Shown: piece by piece, positions 7,765-14,604 of the stretch
Layout: every line of letters begins with the position of its first letter
How positions within the stretch are numbered: position 1 is the first letter of the stretch
Source: an uncultured virus (IMG/VR IMGVR_UViG_3300013307_000019)
Lineage: Duplodnaviria > Heunggongvirae > Uroviricota > Caudoviricetes
IMG/VR virus record: IMGVR_UViG_3300013307_000019
Direction: 5' to 3' (one strand)
DNA: 20,000 nucleotides
Program-made: the position numbers and the translations under genes
Notes under the pieces: model-generated
Seen by the model: the letters and a program-made list of their open reading frames with translations, nothing else
What the model was told of the DNA's origin: nothing
Database searches by the model: none

Positions 7765-7887
7765 CAGGCAAAACTTGCCCGGTTTTCGGGCAGGGGCGGT
7801 ACAACCCCTCCCTCCGTAGAGTGTGGTTCATGTCTTTCAGTACTTAGATACTCGCACACGTGCGACATCCTGTCAAGCTTTGAGCCG

Positions 7888-7970
7888 AAAAAAGTTTTTT
7901 CTAGAAAACCCTTGACACTCTCAAGGTTGGCGCGTAGTCTTGGTACTACCAACCAAGCAGAAGGAGAAGG
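7888..7970 (+). promoter_or_regulatory. class A promoter cassette 4
   Basis: AAAAAAGTTTTTT, TTGACA 7912-7917, 17 bp, TAGTCT 7935-7940, TACCAACCAA 7947-7956, AAGGAG. Confidence 0.85.
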
Positions 7971-7972
7971 AA

Positions 7973-8209
7973 ATGTTCGACTACATCCGGGAGCACGTGC
8001 TAGAGGCCATCATCGTCGCCGTGGTCATCGCTCTTGTCGCGGTCGTTGTCCTCGCGGTCTACCTCAGCAACCAGTTCAGCATCGAGTGCGCGGCCACGGG
8101 CGGACACGTGCACAGCACGTTCCTCTACTACCAGACAATCGTCATCAGCACGGGTAAGACCACCACCACGAGCCTGGTTCCCGTTTACAACTACACGTGC
8201 GTGAAGTAA
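7973..8209 (+). CDS. small membrane protein
   Basis: ATG 7973; TM AIIVAVVIALVAVVVLAVYL, then a two-Cys domain. Confidence 0.85.
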   Translation: MFDYIREHVLEAIIVAVVIALVAVVVLAVYLSNQFSIECAATGGHVHSTFLYYQTIVISTGKTTTTSLVPVYNYTCVK

Positions 8210-8220
8210 GACTTCTACAC

Positions 8221-8257
8221 AACCCCCTAGTCGAGAGGCTAGGGGGTTACTTTTTTC
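8221..8257 (+). terminator. intrinsic terminator
   Basis: AACCCCCTAGTC-GAGA-GGCTAGGGGGTT then ACTTTTTT. Confidence 0.85.
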
Positions 8258-8325
8258 TTGAAAAATGCTTGCGCTCGCGGCAGTACGCGCGTAGACTGAG
8301 GGTACCAACCAAGCAAGAGGAGCAG
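8249..8325 (+). promoter_or_regulatory. class A promoter cassette 5
   Basis: TTGCGC 8269-8274, 17 bp, TAGACT 8292-8297, TACCAACCAA 8303-8312, GAGGAG. Confidence 0.8.
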
Positions 8326-8328
8326 GAA

Positions 8329-8676
8329 ATGAACGTCACACAGGAAACCGCCGCAGTCGAAGAAATCGCCGCGACCATCAAGGGCCAAATCGGCATCTGG
8401 CCGTTCGCTGAGGTTGGCGCGCGTGACTTCAAGTATGGGCGGTTCACCCTTCAGGGTGAGACTCCTCAGCTTCCCGGCCTGGCATTCACCGCCAAGCCCA
8501 CTACGCGACTCGTAGAGGTCTACGTCCTCCTGGACTCGTCCGACACGTACACGATTGTTGTTCGCAAGCGCAACACGCACGAGATTGTCACTCTCGCCCG
8601 CTGGGAAGGAATCTACGCCGGTCAGCTTCCCAGCGTCATCCGCCTCCTGCCCGAGCAATTGAGCGTGAAGAAGTAA
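8329..8676 (+). CDS. conserved phage hypothetical protein
   Basis: IAATIKGQIG...LDSSDTY...EGIYAGQL pattern recalls a widespread uncharacterised phage family (from memory, not searched). Confidence 0.85.
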   Translation: MNVTQETAAVEEIAATIKGQIGIWPFAEVGARDFKYGRFTLQGETPQLPGLAFTAKPTTRLVEVYVLLDSSDTYTIVVRKRNTHEIVTLARWEGIYAGQLPSVIRLLPEQLSVKK

Positions 8677-8690
8677 AGCCCCCAGAGAAG

Positions 8691-8724
8691 GAAGCCCCCA
8701 GCCGAGAGGTTGGGGGTTTTCTTT
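8691..8724 (+). terminator. intrinsic terminator
   Basis: GAAGCCCCCAGCC-GAGA-GGTTGGGGGTTTT-CTTT. Confidence 0.85.
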
Positions 8725-8753
8725 GCATTCAGGACTTTCACAGCAACACGCCC

Positions 8754-8819
8754 TTTACAGAGCTTGACATTGGGCGTATATTGACCTAGGACCCAGAGAC
8801 CGGAAGGACCGGTCCTGGG
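8754..8819 (+). promoter_or_regulatory. class B-like promoter with leader hairpin
   Basis: TTTACA 8754-8759, 17 bp ending GGCG, TATATT 8777-8782; hairpin CCCAGAGACCGG/CCGGTCCTGGG 8792-8819. Confidence 0.6.
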
Positions 8820-8840
8820 AGGGAAGACACAGGCAAAATT

Positions 8841-9179
8841 ATGGACATCAGCACGGCTACCCAGCCAGTTTGGTACGAGCACATCCCCGCAGAGCGTAGG
8901 GGACTGTGGACAAGCAACGAAGGTGAGCGCGCCCTGAAGAGCAAGACTCTCAGCGGCTACCCTCTCCGCGTCATTCTGAAGGATGGGACGATCCTGGACG
9001 GGGAAATGGGCGAGGAACGGCACCGCGCAGGAGGCGAGTACGATATCGCCATCAAGCTCGCAGGACGGAAGACTCAGAAATGGGTGACAGAGGGCGATAT
9101 CGCCGTCATTTGGTCGGACACCGGCCCGGACTTGCGCGACATCCTGAATTCGTTGGTTCAAGCCCTTCGGACCTCGTAG
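8841..9179 (+). CDS. hypothetical protein, possible Sm/SH3-like beta barrel
   Basis: 112 aa; LRVILKDGTILDG resembles an Sm1-type strand-turn-strand. Confidence 0.75.
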   Translation: MDISTATQPVWYEHIPAERRGLWTSNEGERALKSKTLSGYPLRVILKDGTILDGEMGEERHRAGGEYDIAIKLAGRKTQKWVTEGDIAVIWSDTGPDLRDILNSLVQALRTS

Positions 9180-9187
9180 GACACAGA

Positions 9188-9231
9188 AGAAAACCCCTTA
9201 GCACTTTGGGGAGAGTGCTAAGGGGTTTTCT
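9188..9231. terminator. bidirectional terminator between convergent genes
   Basis: Perfect 18-bp inverted repeat AGAAAACCCCTTAGCACT/AGTGCTAAGGGGTTTTCT. Confidence 0.9.
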
Positions 9232-9249
9232 CGTTGTAGCCCCAGGTCT

Positions 9250-9465
9250 TTAGTCGAGAGGCCACTCCAAATTGACACGTCTGGCATCAGCGCGCAGATT
9301 CTTCATCCCACGACTGTCACTAACAGTCAGATGCAGGGTGAAGGGGCGACCTCCGCAGGGAGGATAGAACGTAAAGCCGCCCTTTGTCTCTTTGGTTCGG
9401 CATCCCTGGCTCTCAAGGCCAGAGATTAGCCTAGCAAGCTCTTTGTTGGAAATCGTACGCGCCAT
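9250..9465 (-). CDS. HicA-like toxin / dsRBD-fold RNase
   Basis: ELARLISGLESQG-RTKETKGG-FYPP-GG-PFTLH-T-SD-R--KNLRADARR matches the actinobacterial HicA-like pattern; own promoter, GAAAGGGA RBS and terminator. Confidence 0.75.
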   Translation of the reverse strand: MARTISNKELARLISGLESQGCRTKETKGGFTFYPPCGGRPFTLHLTVSDSRGMKNLRADARRVNLEWPLD

Positions 9466-9489
9466 AGTGGAATCCCTTTCACTTGTCCC

Positions 9490-9545
9490 GATTGGTAGGT
9501 ACTACGTTAGTGCAGGGTACGGCACAAGTCAAGAACTTTTTTCTT
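9490..9545 (-). promoter_or_regulatory. class A promoter cassette 6 (leftward)
   Basis: Minus strand: AAAAAAGTTC, TTGACT (9532-9527), 17 bp, TAACGT (9509-9504), 6 nt, TACCAATC. Confidence 0.8.
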
Positions 9546-9557
9546 TTGCCTCAGGGC

Positions 9558-9595
9558 TTGCGTAGTCGCACGGTACGCGCTAACGTAGGGGCATG
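9558..9595 (+). promoter_or_regulatory. divergent leaderless promoter
   Basis: TTGCGT 9558-9563, 17 bp, TAACGT 9581-9586, 6 nt, ATG 9593. Confidence 0.7.
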
Positions 9596-9694
9596 GAAGA
9601 AACGCAGGGCCACACAGGACTACTAGCCCTCATCGCGCTAGGTTCGCTAGGGAGCGCAGTTCTTCAGGCACTCGCGTTCTTCGGAATCATCTGA
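9593..9694 (+). CDS. 33-aa membrane peptide (leaderless)
   Basis: MEETQGHTGLLALIALGSLGSAVLQALAFFGII; ATG at predicted transcription start. Confidence 0.6.
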   Translation: MEETQGHTGLLALIALGSLGSAVLQALAFFGII

Positions 9695-9712
9695 CACAAG
9701 GGAGAAGAAATC

Positions 9713-9997
9713 ATGAGCAAGCACATCGAAACCAAGCCGGTGGAGGAACTGGACGAGGGCGATATCGTCACCTTCAAGCAGGCCGACAAGAAGTTGGGCC
9801 AGTATCGCCGGTTCACGCACGAGAAGGTGACGGGTACCGTCGTGGGCGCAGAGTCCACGGTTGTTATCACGGTGGACCGGAAGGGCTTCCCGGACAGCTA
9901 CGAGATTCCCGCGGGTACGCCCATGCGCGTGCACGTGAAGGATGAGGCCCCGGTCTACGAAGGTGTGGAGGAGGACACGGAGCCGGTGAAGGCGTAA
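9713..9997 (+). CDS. hypothetical beta-rich protein (SH3/KOW-like)
   Basis: GGGAG RBS; VEELDEGDIV...VTGTVV pattern. Confidence 0.85.
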   Translation: MSKHIETKPVEELDEGDIVTFKQADKKLGQYRRFTHEKVTGTVVGAESTVVITVDRKGFPDSYEIPAGTPMRVHVKDEAPVYEGVEEDTEPVKA

Positions 9998-9999
9998 CG

Positions 10000-10090
10000 A
10001 AAAAAACTTCAAGAAAATCCGGCTGAGGGGTTGCGCTACTATGCGTGACCCCTTAAGCTTGGTACTACCAACCAAGCAGAAGGAGCAAGA
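10000..10090 (+). promoter_or_regulatory. class A promoter cassette 7
   Basis: AAAAAAACTT, TTGCGC 10031-10036, 17 bp, TAAGCT 10054-10059, TACCAACCAA 10066-10075, AAGGAG. Confidence 0.85.
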
Positions 10091-10092
10091 AA

Positions 10093-10266
10093 ATGTTCAT
10101 CGGACTCTACGCCCTCATCATCCTCTCCGTTATCGCGGGCGTCACGGCCATCAGCATCAGCCAGAGCGCAGTCCGGGACATGAAGCGTCGTCGCATGAAC
10201 CGCGAGTCGCAGGCCTACATCGAGGCCCGTTGCGCGGACATTCAGGCCCTCTACCTGAGCCGATAA
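10093..10266 (+). CDS. 57-aa membrane protein
   Basis: MFIGLYALIILSVIAGVTAISIS...KRRRMNRE...LSR; absent from ORF track. Confidence 0.8.
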   Translation: MFIGLYALIILSVIAGVTAISISQSAVRDMKRRRMNRESQAYIEARCADIQALYLSR

Positions 10267-10280
10267 CCCCCAATCCACAC

Positions 10281-10315
10281 AGAATCCCCGGTCTCACACA
10301 GGCCGGGGATTCTTC
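10281..10315 (+). terminator. hairpin / weak terminator
   Basis: AGAATCCCCGGTCT/AGGCCGGGGATTCT, short T tail. Confidence 0.65.
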
Positions 10316-10331
10316 AACTGAAGGAGGCAGT

Positions 10332-10523
10332 ATGAAGTTCAAGAACGCAGGCGTAGCGCGCCAAGCAGGCTACCTGTACAGCGTGCACAAGCTGAATCAG
10401 CCCAATCCTCAGGACAACGGCTGGCATTACTTCCCCACGCGGCAGGAGGCCACGGATTGGGAGGCGTCACATCCCGACCCACTGAACCCCACAGCGCCGA
10501 AGGTGGAGCGCATGAAGGGCTGA
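10332..10523 (+). CDS. hypothetical protein
   Basis: AAGGAGG RBS; MKFKNAGVARQ... 63 aa. Confidence 0.85.
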   Translation: MKFKNAGVARQAGYLYSVHKLNQPNPQDNGWHYFPTRQEATDWEASHPDPLNPTAPKVERMKG

Positions 10524-10525
10524 CA

Positions 10526-10560
10526 CAGAACCCCCGTCCCACAGAGGCGGGGGTTTTGCT
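10526..10560 (+). terminator. intrinsic terminator
   Basis: CAGAACCCCCGTC/GGCGGGGGTTTTG. Confidence 0.75.
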
Positions 10561-10592
10561 GTATGTGCTACAGAGGCGTATATAGAACTATG
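10556..10592 (+). promoter_or_regulatory. class B promoter heading the long right operon
   Basis: TTGCTG 10556-10561, 17 bp ending GGCG, TATATA 10579-10584, 5 nt, ATG 10590. Confidence 0.55.
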
Positions 10593-10627
10593 CCCACTTT
10601 GGGCAGAAGCCAACCATAGGAGAAGCC

Positions 10628-10759
10628 GTGTGGATCATCTGGCCCCGTAAGGGTAACGCAGTGCCTATCTGCTACACCCTGGGAAGAAACGTCCTCAGCC
10701 CGCCCGTCATCGGCCTCAGGAGCGGCGAGGACTGGCGCATGGTATGGGGGGAAGCATGA
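10628..10759 (+). CDS. 43-aa hypothetical protein
   Basis: AGGAG RBS, GTG 10628 (MWIIWPRKGNAVPICY...), ATGA overlap downstream. Confidence 0.6.
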   Translation: MWIIWPRKGNAVPICYTLGRNVLSPPVIGLRSGEDWRMVWGEA

Positions 10760-11328
10760 TGCAGGAAAACCCCGCAGACGGGCCGCACGACATCCGGCTC
10801 TACAGGACCGACGAACATTCGGTGGAGTGGTGGCAGTGCTCCCAGTGTGGGCCGAGCCTTTGGTACGACGGGGATGCACAATTTCCACAGGCCCGCCGTG
10901 CCCATGACGCAGGCCTGTGGTGGGACTTTAAAACGGGGGAGCGTGCAGGTGTAAAGCTGGACAACCCCGCCCCTGTAGAGACAGGACTGTGGAAGGCTAT
11001 GTGGGAAGTGCTGGAGCCCTACACAGAGACCGTACTCAGCTTGGACCTGAACAACCCCCAGGACAGCGCTACCATGCATACCCTCTGCCATGCTCTGGCA
11101 GATGCCGCTAAGGCCCACGAGAAGAATTCCCGGTGGACAGAGGCTAAAGCCTTGCTCACCGAAATGCGGGATGCGGAGAAGCTGGCGGTACAGCGCACAG
11201 AAGACCCGGAACCGTACATCTTCCAAGGGCGTAGGCACGCAGAACCGGACGGATACGGAGACCGTGCCTATAGACCCCGTACCTACGCAGAGCGGGGTCT
11301 GGACGACAACGGGGAGAAGCTGGCATGA
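10756..11328 (+). CDS. hypothetical protein
   Basis: ATGA-coupled; WWQCSQC motif. Confidence 0.8.
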   Translation: MMQENPADGPHDIRLYRTDEHSVEWWQCSQCGPSLWYDGDAQFPQARRAHDAGLWWDFKTGERAGVKLDNPAPVETGLWKAMWEVLEPYTETVLSLDLNNPQDSATMHTLCHALADAAKAHEKNSRWTEAKALLTEMRDAEKLAVQRTEDPEPYIFQGRRHAEPDGYGDRAYRPRTYAERGLDDNGEKLA

Positions 11329-12422
11329 CCGAACAAGAATTGAGAGAGACCATGGACACTGAGACTATCCGTAAGGCCTTCCTGAAGGCCTACCCGCTGT
11401 CGGCCAAGGAGTTTGACGCCTGGCTGGAAGATGAGCGCAGAGCACAGCGTAGGAGCGCCTACCTGAACGGATGGCGGGACGCTATGCACCGTATCCGCAT
11501 GGTGGGATTGGAGAACCCGTCTGAGGACCGGGCAGAGAAGGCCCACCGCATGGATGCCTACATGGAAGCAAGTCAGGCTGTGCAGGACGCCGAAGACCGG
11601 TTGCCCTACGCAGAGACCGGAGCTAAGTTCCCGGATGCGGAGGAACGCGCCCGCGTACGGGCCTTCCTGCAAGAGAAGCGGGGCTTGCACCGTCGGGATG
11701 CAGAGGAATCCCGTAGTGCCAGCTACAAGCCCCAGCGCGCACCCGAGGAGACCGTAGAAGAATTCGCGGCCCGCAGTGTAGGAGTGGAGTCTGAGGAAGC
11801 CCCGTCTATCATCATCGATATCAATTACAAGCCCGTGGGTAACCCGGAGCGGCAGTATTGGAAGCGCAACGGCGTAGGAAAGTACGAGAAGACTGACAAT
11901 CCCGAGGAAGCGGACGGATACACGCTCGCCACCAGGAGCGTTCTGCACTATACTCCCGGCCCTGTAGAGGAACGTTACGGTCTGTCATCCATCTATGGGC
12001 AGAGCGAGCCTGTAGTTCCCGCCATGACAGAGGATGCGGCCACAGTTGGCATTCCTCGCCCACGGCCTACGCACTCTCACACATGGGGAGCACCTATCGG
12101 CAAGCCTGCCGCACGCCCATGCACAGAGGCCGGATGCACAGCCGTTCAGCCGGTGGCCTGGGATATGGGCGGGGATGAGGATAACCCCAAGCCTAGCGGC
12201 CCTCCTGTGCCCCCAGACAGCCCGTTCTCCGAGGAGACCGGCCAGATTCTTCCCGGCCTGGTAGACCTTCTCTCTCGCGTCCCCGTCTGGGAGAATCTGA
12301 CAGACCGTGAGAAGACCGTAGTAAAGGGCTTGCCCCCGTACCTTCTGAAGGCCTGGCTGAAAGACATCGGAGTTTCCCCGGCAGACATCGTGGCCATTGT
12401 GGCGAAGAGGCTTCTGAAGTGA
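11325..12422 (+). CDS. hypothetical protein (multi-module)
   Basis: 365 aa, GGAG RBS, ATGA overlap. Confidence 0.85.
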   Translation: MTEQELRETMDTETIRKAFLKAYPLSAKEFDAWLEDERRAQRRSAYLNGWRDAMHRIRMVGLENPSEDRAEKAHRMDAYMEASQAVQDAEDRLPYAETGAKFPDAEERARVRAFLQEKRGLHRRDAEESRSASYKPQRAPEETVEEFAARSVGVESEEAPSIIIDINYKPVGNPERQYWKRNGVGKYEKTDNPEEADGYTLATRSVLHYTPGPVEERYGLSSIYGQSEPVVPAMTEDAATVGIPRPRPTHSHTWGAPIGKPAARPCTEAGCTAVQPVAWDMGGDEDNPKPSGPPVPPDSPFSEETGQILPGLVDLLSRVPVWENLTDREKTVVKGLPPYLLKAWLKDIGVSPADIVAIVAKRLLK

Positions 12423-12637
12423 AGTACGAACTGAAGTACCTCATTCTGGGCTTTGTCTCCTGGGTGCAGTGGTTGACGTACCACAAGTGGGTATGGGAAG
12501 CTGAAGAGAAGCGCCGTGCAATGAAAGACCCGTATTGGGAACAACGCAAGCAATTCGACGCAATGCACAGACCTGACTACATCGAAGAACTGACATTCGA
12601 GGAGCAGGAACGGATGAAGAGCGGAGAGGGCGCATGA
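12419..12637 (+). CDS. small protein with N-terminal hydrophobic segment
   Basis: GTGA overlap; YLILGFVSWVQWL. Confidence 0.75.
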   Translation: MKYELKYLILGFVSWVQWLTYHKWVWEAEEKRRAMKDPYWEQRKQFDAMHRPDYIEELTFEEQERMKSGEGA

Positions 12638-12801
12638 AGACCCGGTTGCAGAGAGCGTATGAGAAGGCAGAGCGCGCGTACTACGAAGCGTACGGTGCGT
12701 ACGCTCTGGCACAGGACGTAGCCCGGAATGCAGAAGCCCGTATGTTCTCCGCACGATACGCGAGAGACCAAGCACGCAAAGCCTGGGAGGCGGGACTGTG
12801 A
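12634..12801 (+). CDS. 55-aa Ala/Tyr-rich helical protein
   Basis: GGAG RBS; MKTRLQRAYEKAERAYYEAY...; overlaps both neighbours by 4 nt. Confidence 0.75.
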   Translation: MKTRLQRAYEKAERAYYEAYGAYALAQDVARNAEARMFSARYARDQARKAWEAGL

Positions 12802-12992
12802 AAGACCCCAACACTGAGGCCTACGAAGCCGCCCTGAAACGTTACCAGGAAGCCGCCCGCGCCATGACGGAGGCGCAGAACGCCTACAACGTGGCACAGG
12901 AAGAATTCTACGCGGCCAGGAGCGCAGTTGCGCGCTTCTCCCGCACATCCAGAGACCTTCCGCAGTTCCCCAGACAAGAGACTTGGGGATGA
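12798..12992 (+). CDS. Ala-rich helical protein, paralog of upstream gene
   Basis: GGAGG RBS, GTGA overlap. Confidence 0.75.
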   Translation: MKDPNTEAYEAALKRYQEAARAMTEAQNAYNVAQEEFYAARSAVARFSRTSRDLPQFPRQETWG

Positions 12993-13303
12993 GTGAAATG
13001 AGAGAAGACATGAACAGAACCGCCGCAGTAGAGGCCATGCGTAAGGCGCTGGACGCCCGTGGCATCGAGGTTACGACCGAAGACCTGGAAGCCGCGTATG
13101 ACGCCATTCCACGGGAGTGGGAGTTCGGCGTATTGCGGGAGTACCAGAGTGGACACGAGTACTTCCTTTCCGGCCCGTTCAGCACTCTGAAGAATGCGCT
13201 GTTTGCGCAGAAGGACGCGGAGCGTAACCAGGGCGGAAAGGCCGTCGTTCGCACGCGCACCAAGGGAATTCCTGGACCGTGGGAGGAAGTTCCCAATGAG
13301 TGA
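12989..13303 (+). CDS. hypothetical protein, WEFG...GPW family
   Basis: EWEFG...VVRTRTKGIPGPWEEV. Confidence 0.8.
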   Translation: MSEMREDMNRTAAVEAMRKALDARGIEVTTEDLEAAYDAIPREWEFGVLREYQSGHEYFLSGPFSTLKNALFAQKDAERNQGGKAVVRTRTKGIPGPWEEVPNE

Positions 13304-13613
13304 TTTCGAGCAGGCTCGCGCACGCTTGGAAGCGGCTTTGCCAATCCCGTATGTGCTGTCCGCATTCGTGGACGAACTGGGACCTCTCATTGCGGCGACT
13401 GTTCGCTATGACGACCTGCAAGCTTTGCTGGCGCGTCTGAAGGAGTTGGAGCCGGTGCACTACGAGTGGGGCAACCGCTACCTGAAGATTTCCGAGCCGA
13501 CGTATCAGGGCAACATGTCTGAGTATGAGGCACGCGGTACGGCGCAGGCCTACCCCGAATACCGGGTACTGGCGCGCAGGCCCGTTGGCCCTTGGGAGGA
13601 CGTGCTTGAATGA
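13296..13613 (+). CDS. hypothetical protein, YEWG...GPW family
   Basis: GGAGG RBS; YEWG...VLARRPVGPWEDV. Confidence 0.8.
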   Translation: MSDFEQARARLEAALPIPYVLSAFVDELGPLIAATVRYDDLQALLARLKELEPVHYEWGNRYLKISEPTYQGNMSEYEARGTAQAYPEYRVLARRPVGPWEDVLE

Positions 13614-13876
13614 GTGAAACCGAGGAAGAGGTAGACCTCTCACATCTGGACTTTGATCCGGACCCGGTAGTTTGCGAAGCGTTCGGATGCAAAAACGTTC
13701 CGTCGTTTGAAGCCGTCCGGACGTGTGGGTGCAAGAGCTTGTTGTGTCTTTCGTGCGCGTTCGACGCACGCGAGAGGGCTGTGCGCTACAAGCGGGGAGA
13801 ATTGGAAGCGATGTATTGCACCAAGTGCTACAAGGCCCCGGTGTGGACGCAGAGCATTCGGAGGCTGAGGTTCTAA
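13610..13876 (+). CDS. Cys-rich Zn-binding protein
   Basis: CEAFGC, CGC, CLSC, CTKC. Confidence 0.8.
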   Translation: MSETEEEVDLSHLDFDPDPVVCEAFGCKNVPSFEAVRTCGCKSLLCLSCAFDARERAVRYKRGELEAMYCTKCYKAPVWTQSIRRLRF

Positions 13877-14208
13877 TGGCTATCGACTGGAAGGCCCTGT
13901 CCGAGGTTCTTCAGGAGCAGAAGAATGCCTGGAAAACCATGAGTGTCTACACTTACGCCGCACAAGACGCGCTGTACTCTAAAGTCGTGGCGGCAATGAA
14001 CACGAATGCTTCGGCGGCAGTGCCGGGGACTTCCTCACATGGAGGGTTCAATATGAACTCTGAAATCAGCTTTGACGAGTACACAGTGAACCCGATCTAC
14101 TTTGAGAACGAATACGATCATGACCTCTGGCAACCAGAGCCGATGGTTGCCATCGAACTTTGCTCTCTTTGCGGCGACTACTTCCCAGTGAATCACGAGT
14201 GCAAATAA
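13876..14208 (+). CDS. hypothetical protein with C-terminal CxxC-x7-HxC
   Basis: TAATG overlap; CSLCGDYFPVNHEC. Confidence 0.8.
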   Translation: MAIDWKALSEVLQEQKNAWKTMSVYTYAAQDALYSKVVAAMNTNASAAVPGTSSHGGFNMNSEISFDEYTVNPIYFENEYDHDLWQPEPMVAIELCSLCGDYFPVNHECK

Positions 14209-14396
14209 TGGGATCGCTCAATTGGCAACCTATATCCCAGGTGACGGTTACGTTCACCGACAGCAACGGGAACGTTATTTCCACGGACCAGTCGGGCCTG
14301 TGGAGTTCGCCTAAGAAGAGTAAGAAGCCTGTCAAGAATGAGTATTGCTCCCTCTGTGGCAGAATCAGGCCCGAAAATCACGAATGTGGAGATTGA
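14208..14396 (+). CDS. hypothetical protein with C-terminal CxxC-x7-HxC
   Basis: TAATG overlap; CSLCGRIRPENHEC. Confidence 0.75.
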   Translation: MGSLNWQPISQVTVTFTDSNGNVISTDQSGLWSSPKKSKKPVKNEYCSLCGRIRPENHECGD

Positions 14397-14397
14397 C

Positions 14398-14604
14398 ATG
14401 AAGCGCTGGATTCAGAGACTTTTTGGGTCTTCGGAGTCTGAGGAATGGGAGTGGGGGGTAGTTTCCGACTTGGGAGACTATGGCAAGGAGTACACCGTTG
14501 CACACTCCAAGGAGCAGGCCATCAAGTGGACCGAGGATACCCGTGGATTGCCTTGCGTACTTGTCAAGCGCGTGCCCGCAGGACCGTGGAAGAAGGCAAG
14601 CTGA
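14398..14604 (+). CDS. hypothetical protein, WEWG...GPW family
   Basis: EWEWG...LVKRVPAGPWKK. Confidence 0.8.
   Translation: MKRWIQRLFGSSESEEWEWGVVSDLGDYGKEYTVAHSKEQAIKWTEDTRGLPCVLVKRVPAGPWKKAS

Noticed and set aside
7940..8328. Longer ORF-track starts upstream of 7973 and 8329 (likewise 10041, 1731, 18879)
   Set aside because: They run through promoters, terminators or other genes; the downstream starts have the SD or leaderless signature
695..10090. TACCAACCAA repeats as a CRISPR or other spacer array
   Set aside because: Spacing is irregular (0.35-5.7 kb), the intervals are genes, and each copy sits at a promoter +1; no cas genes
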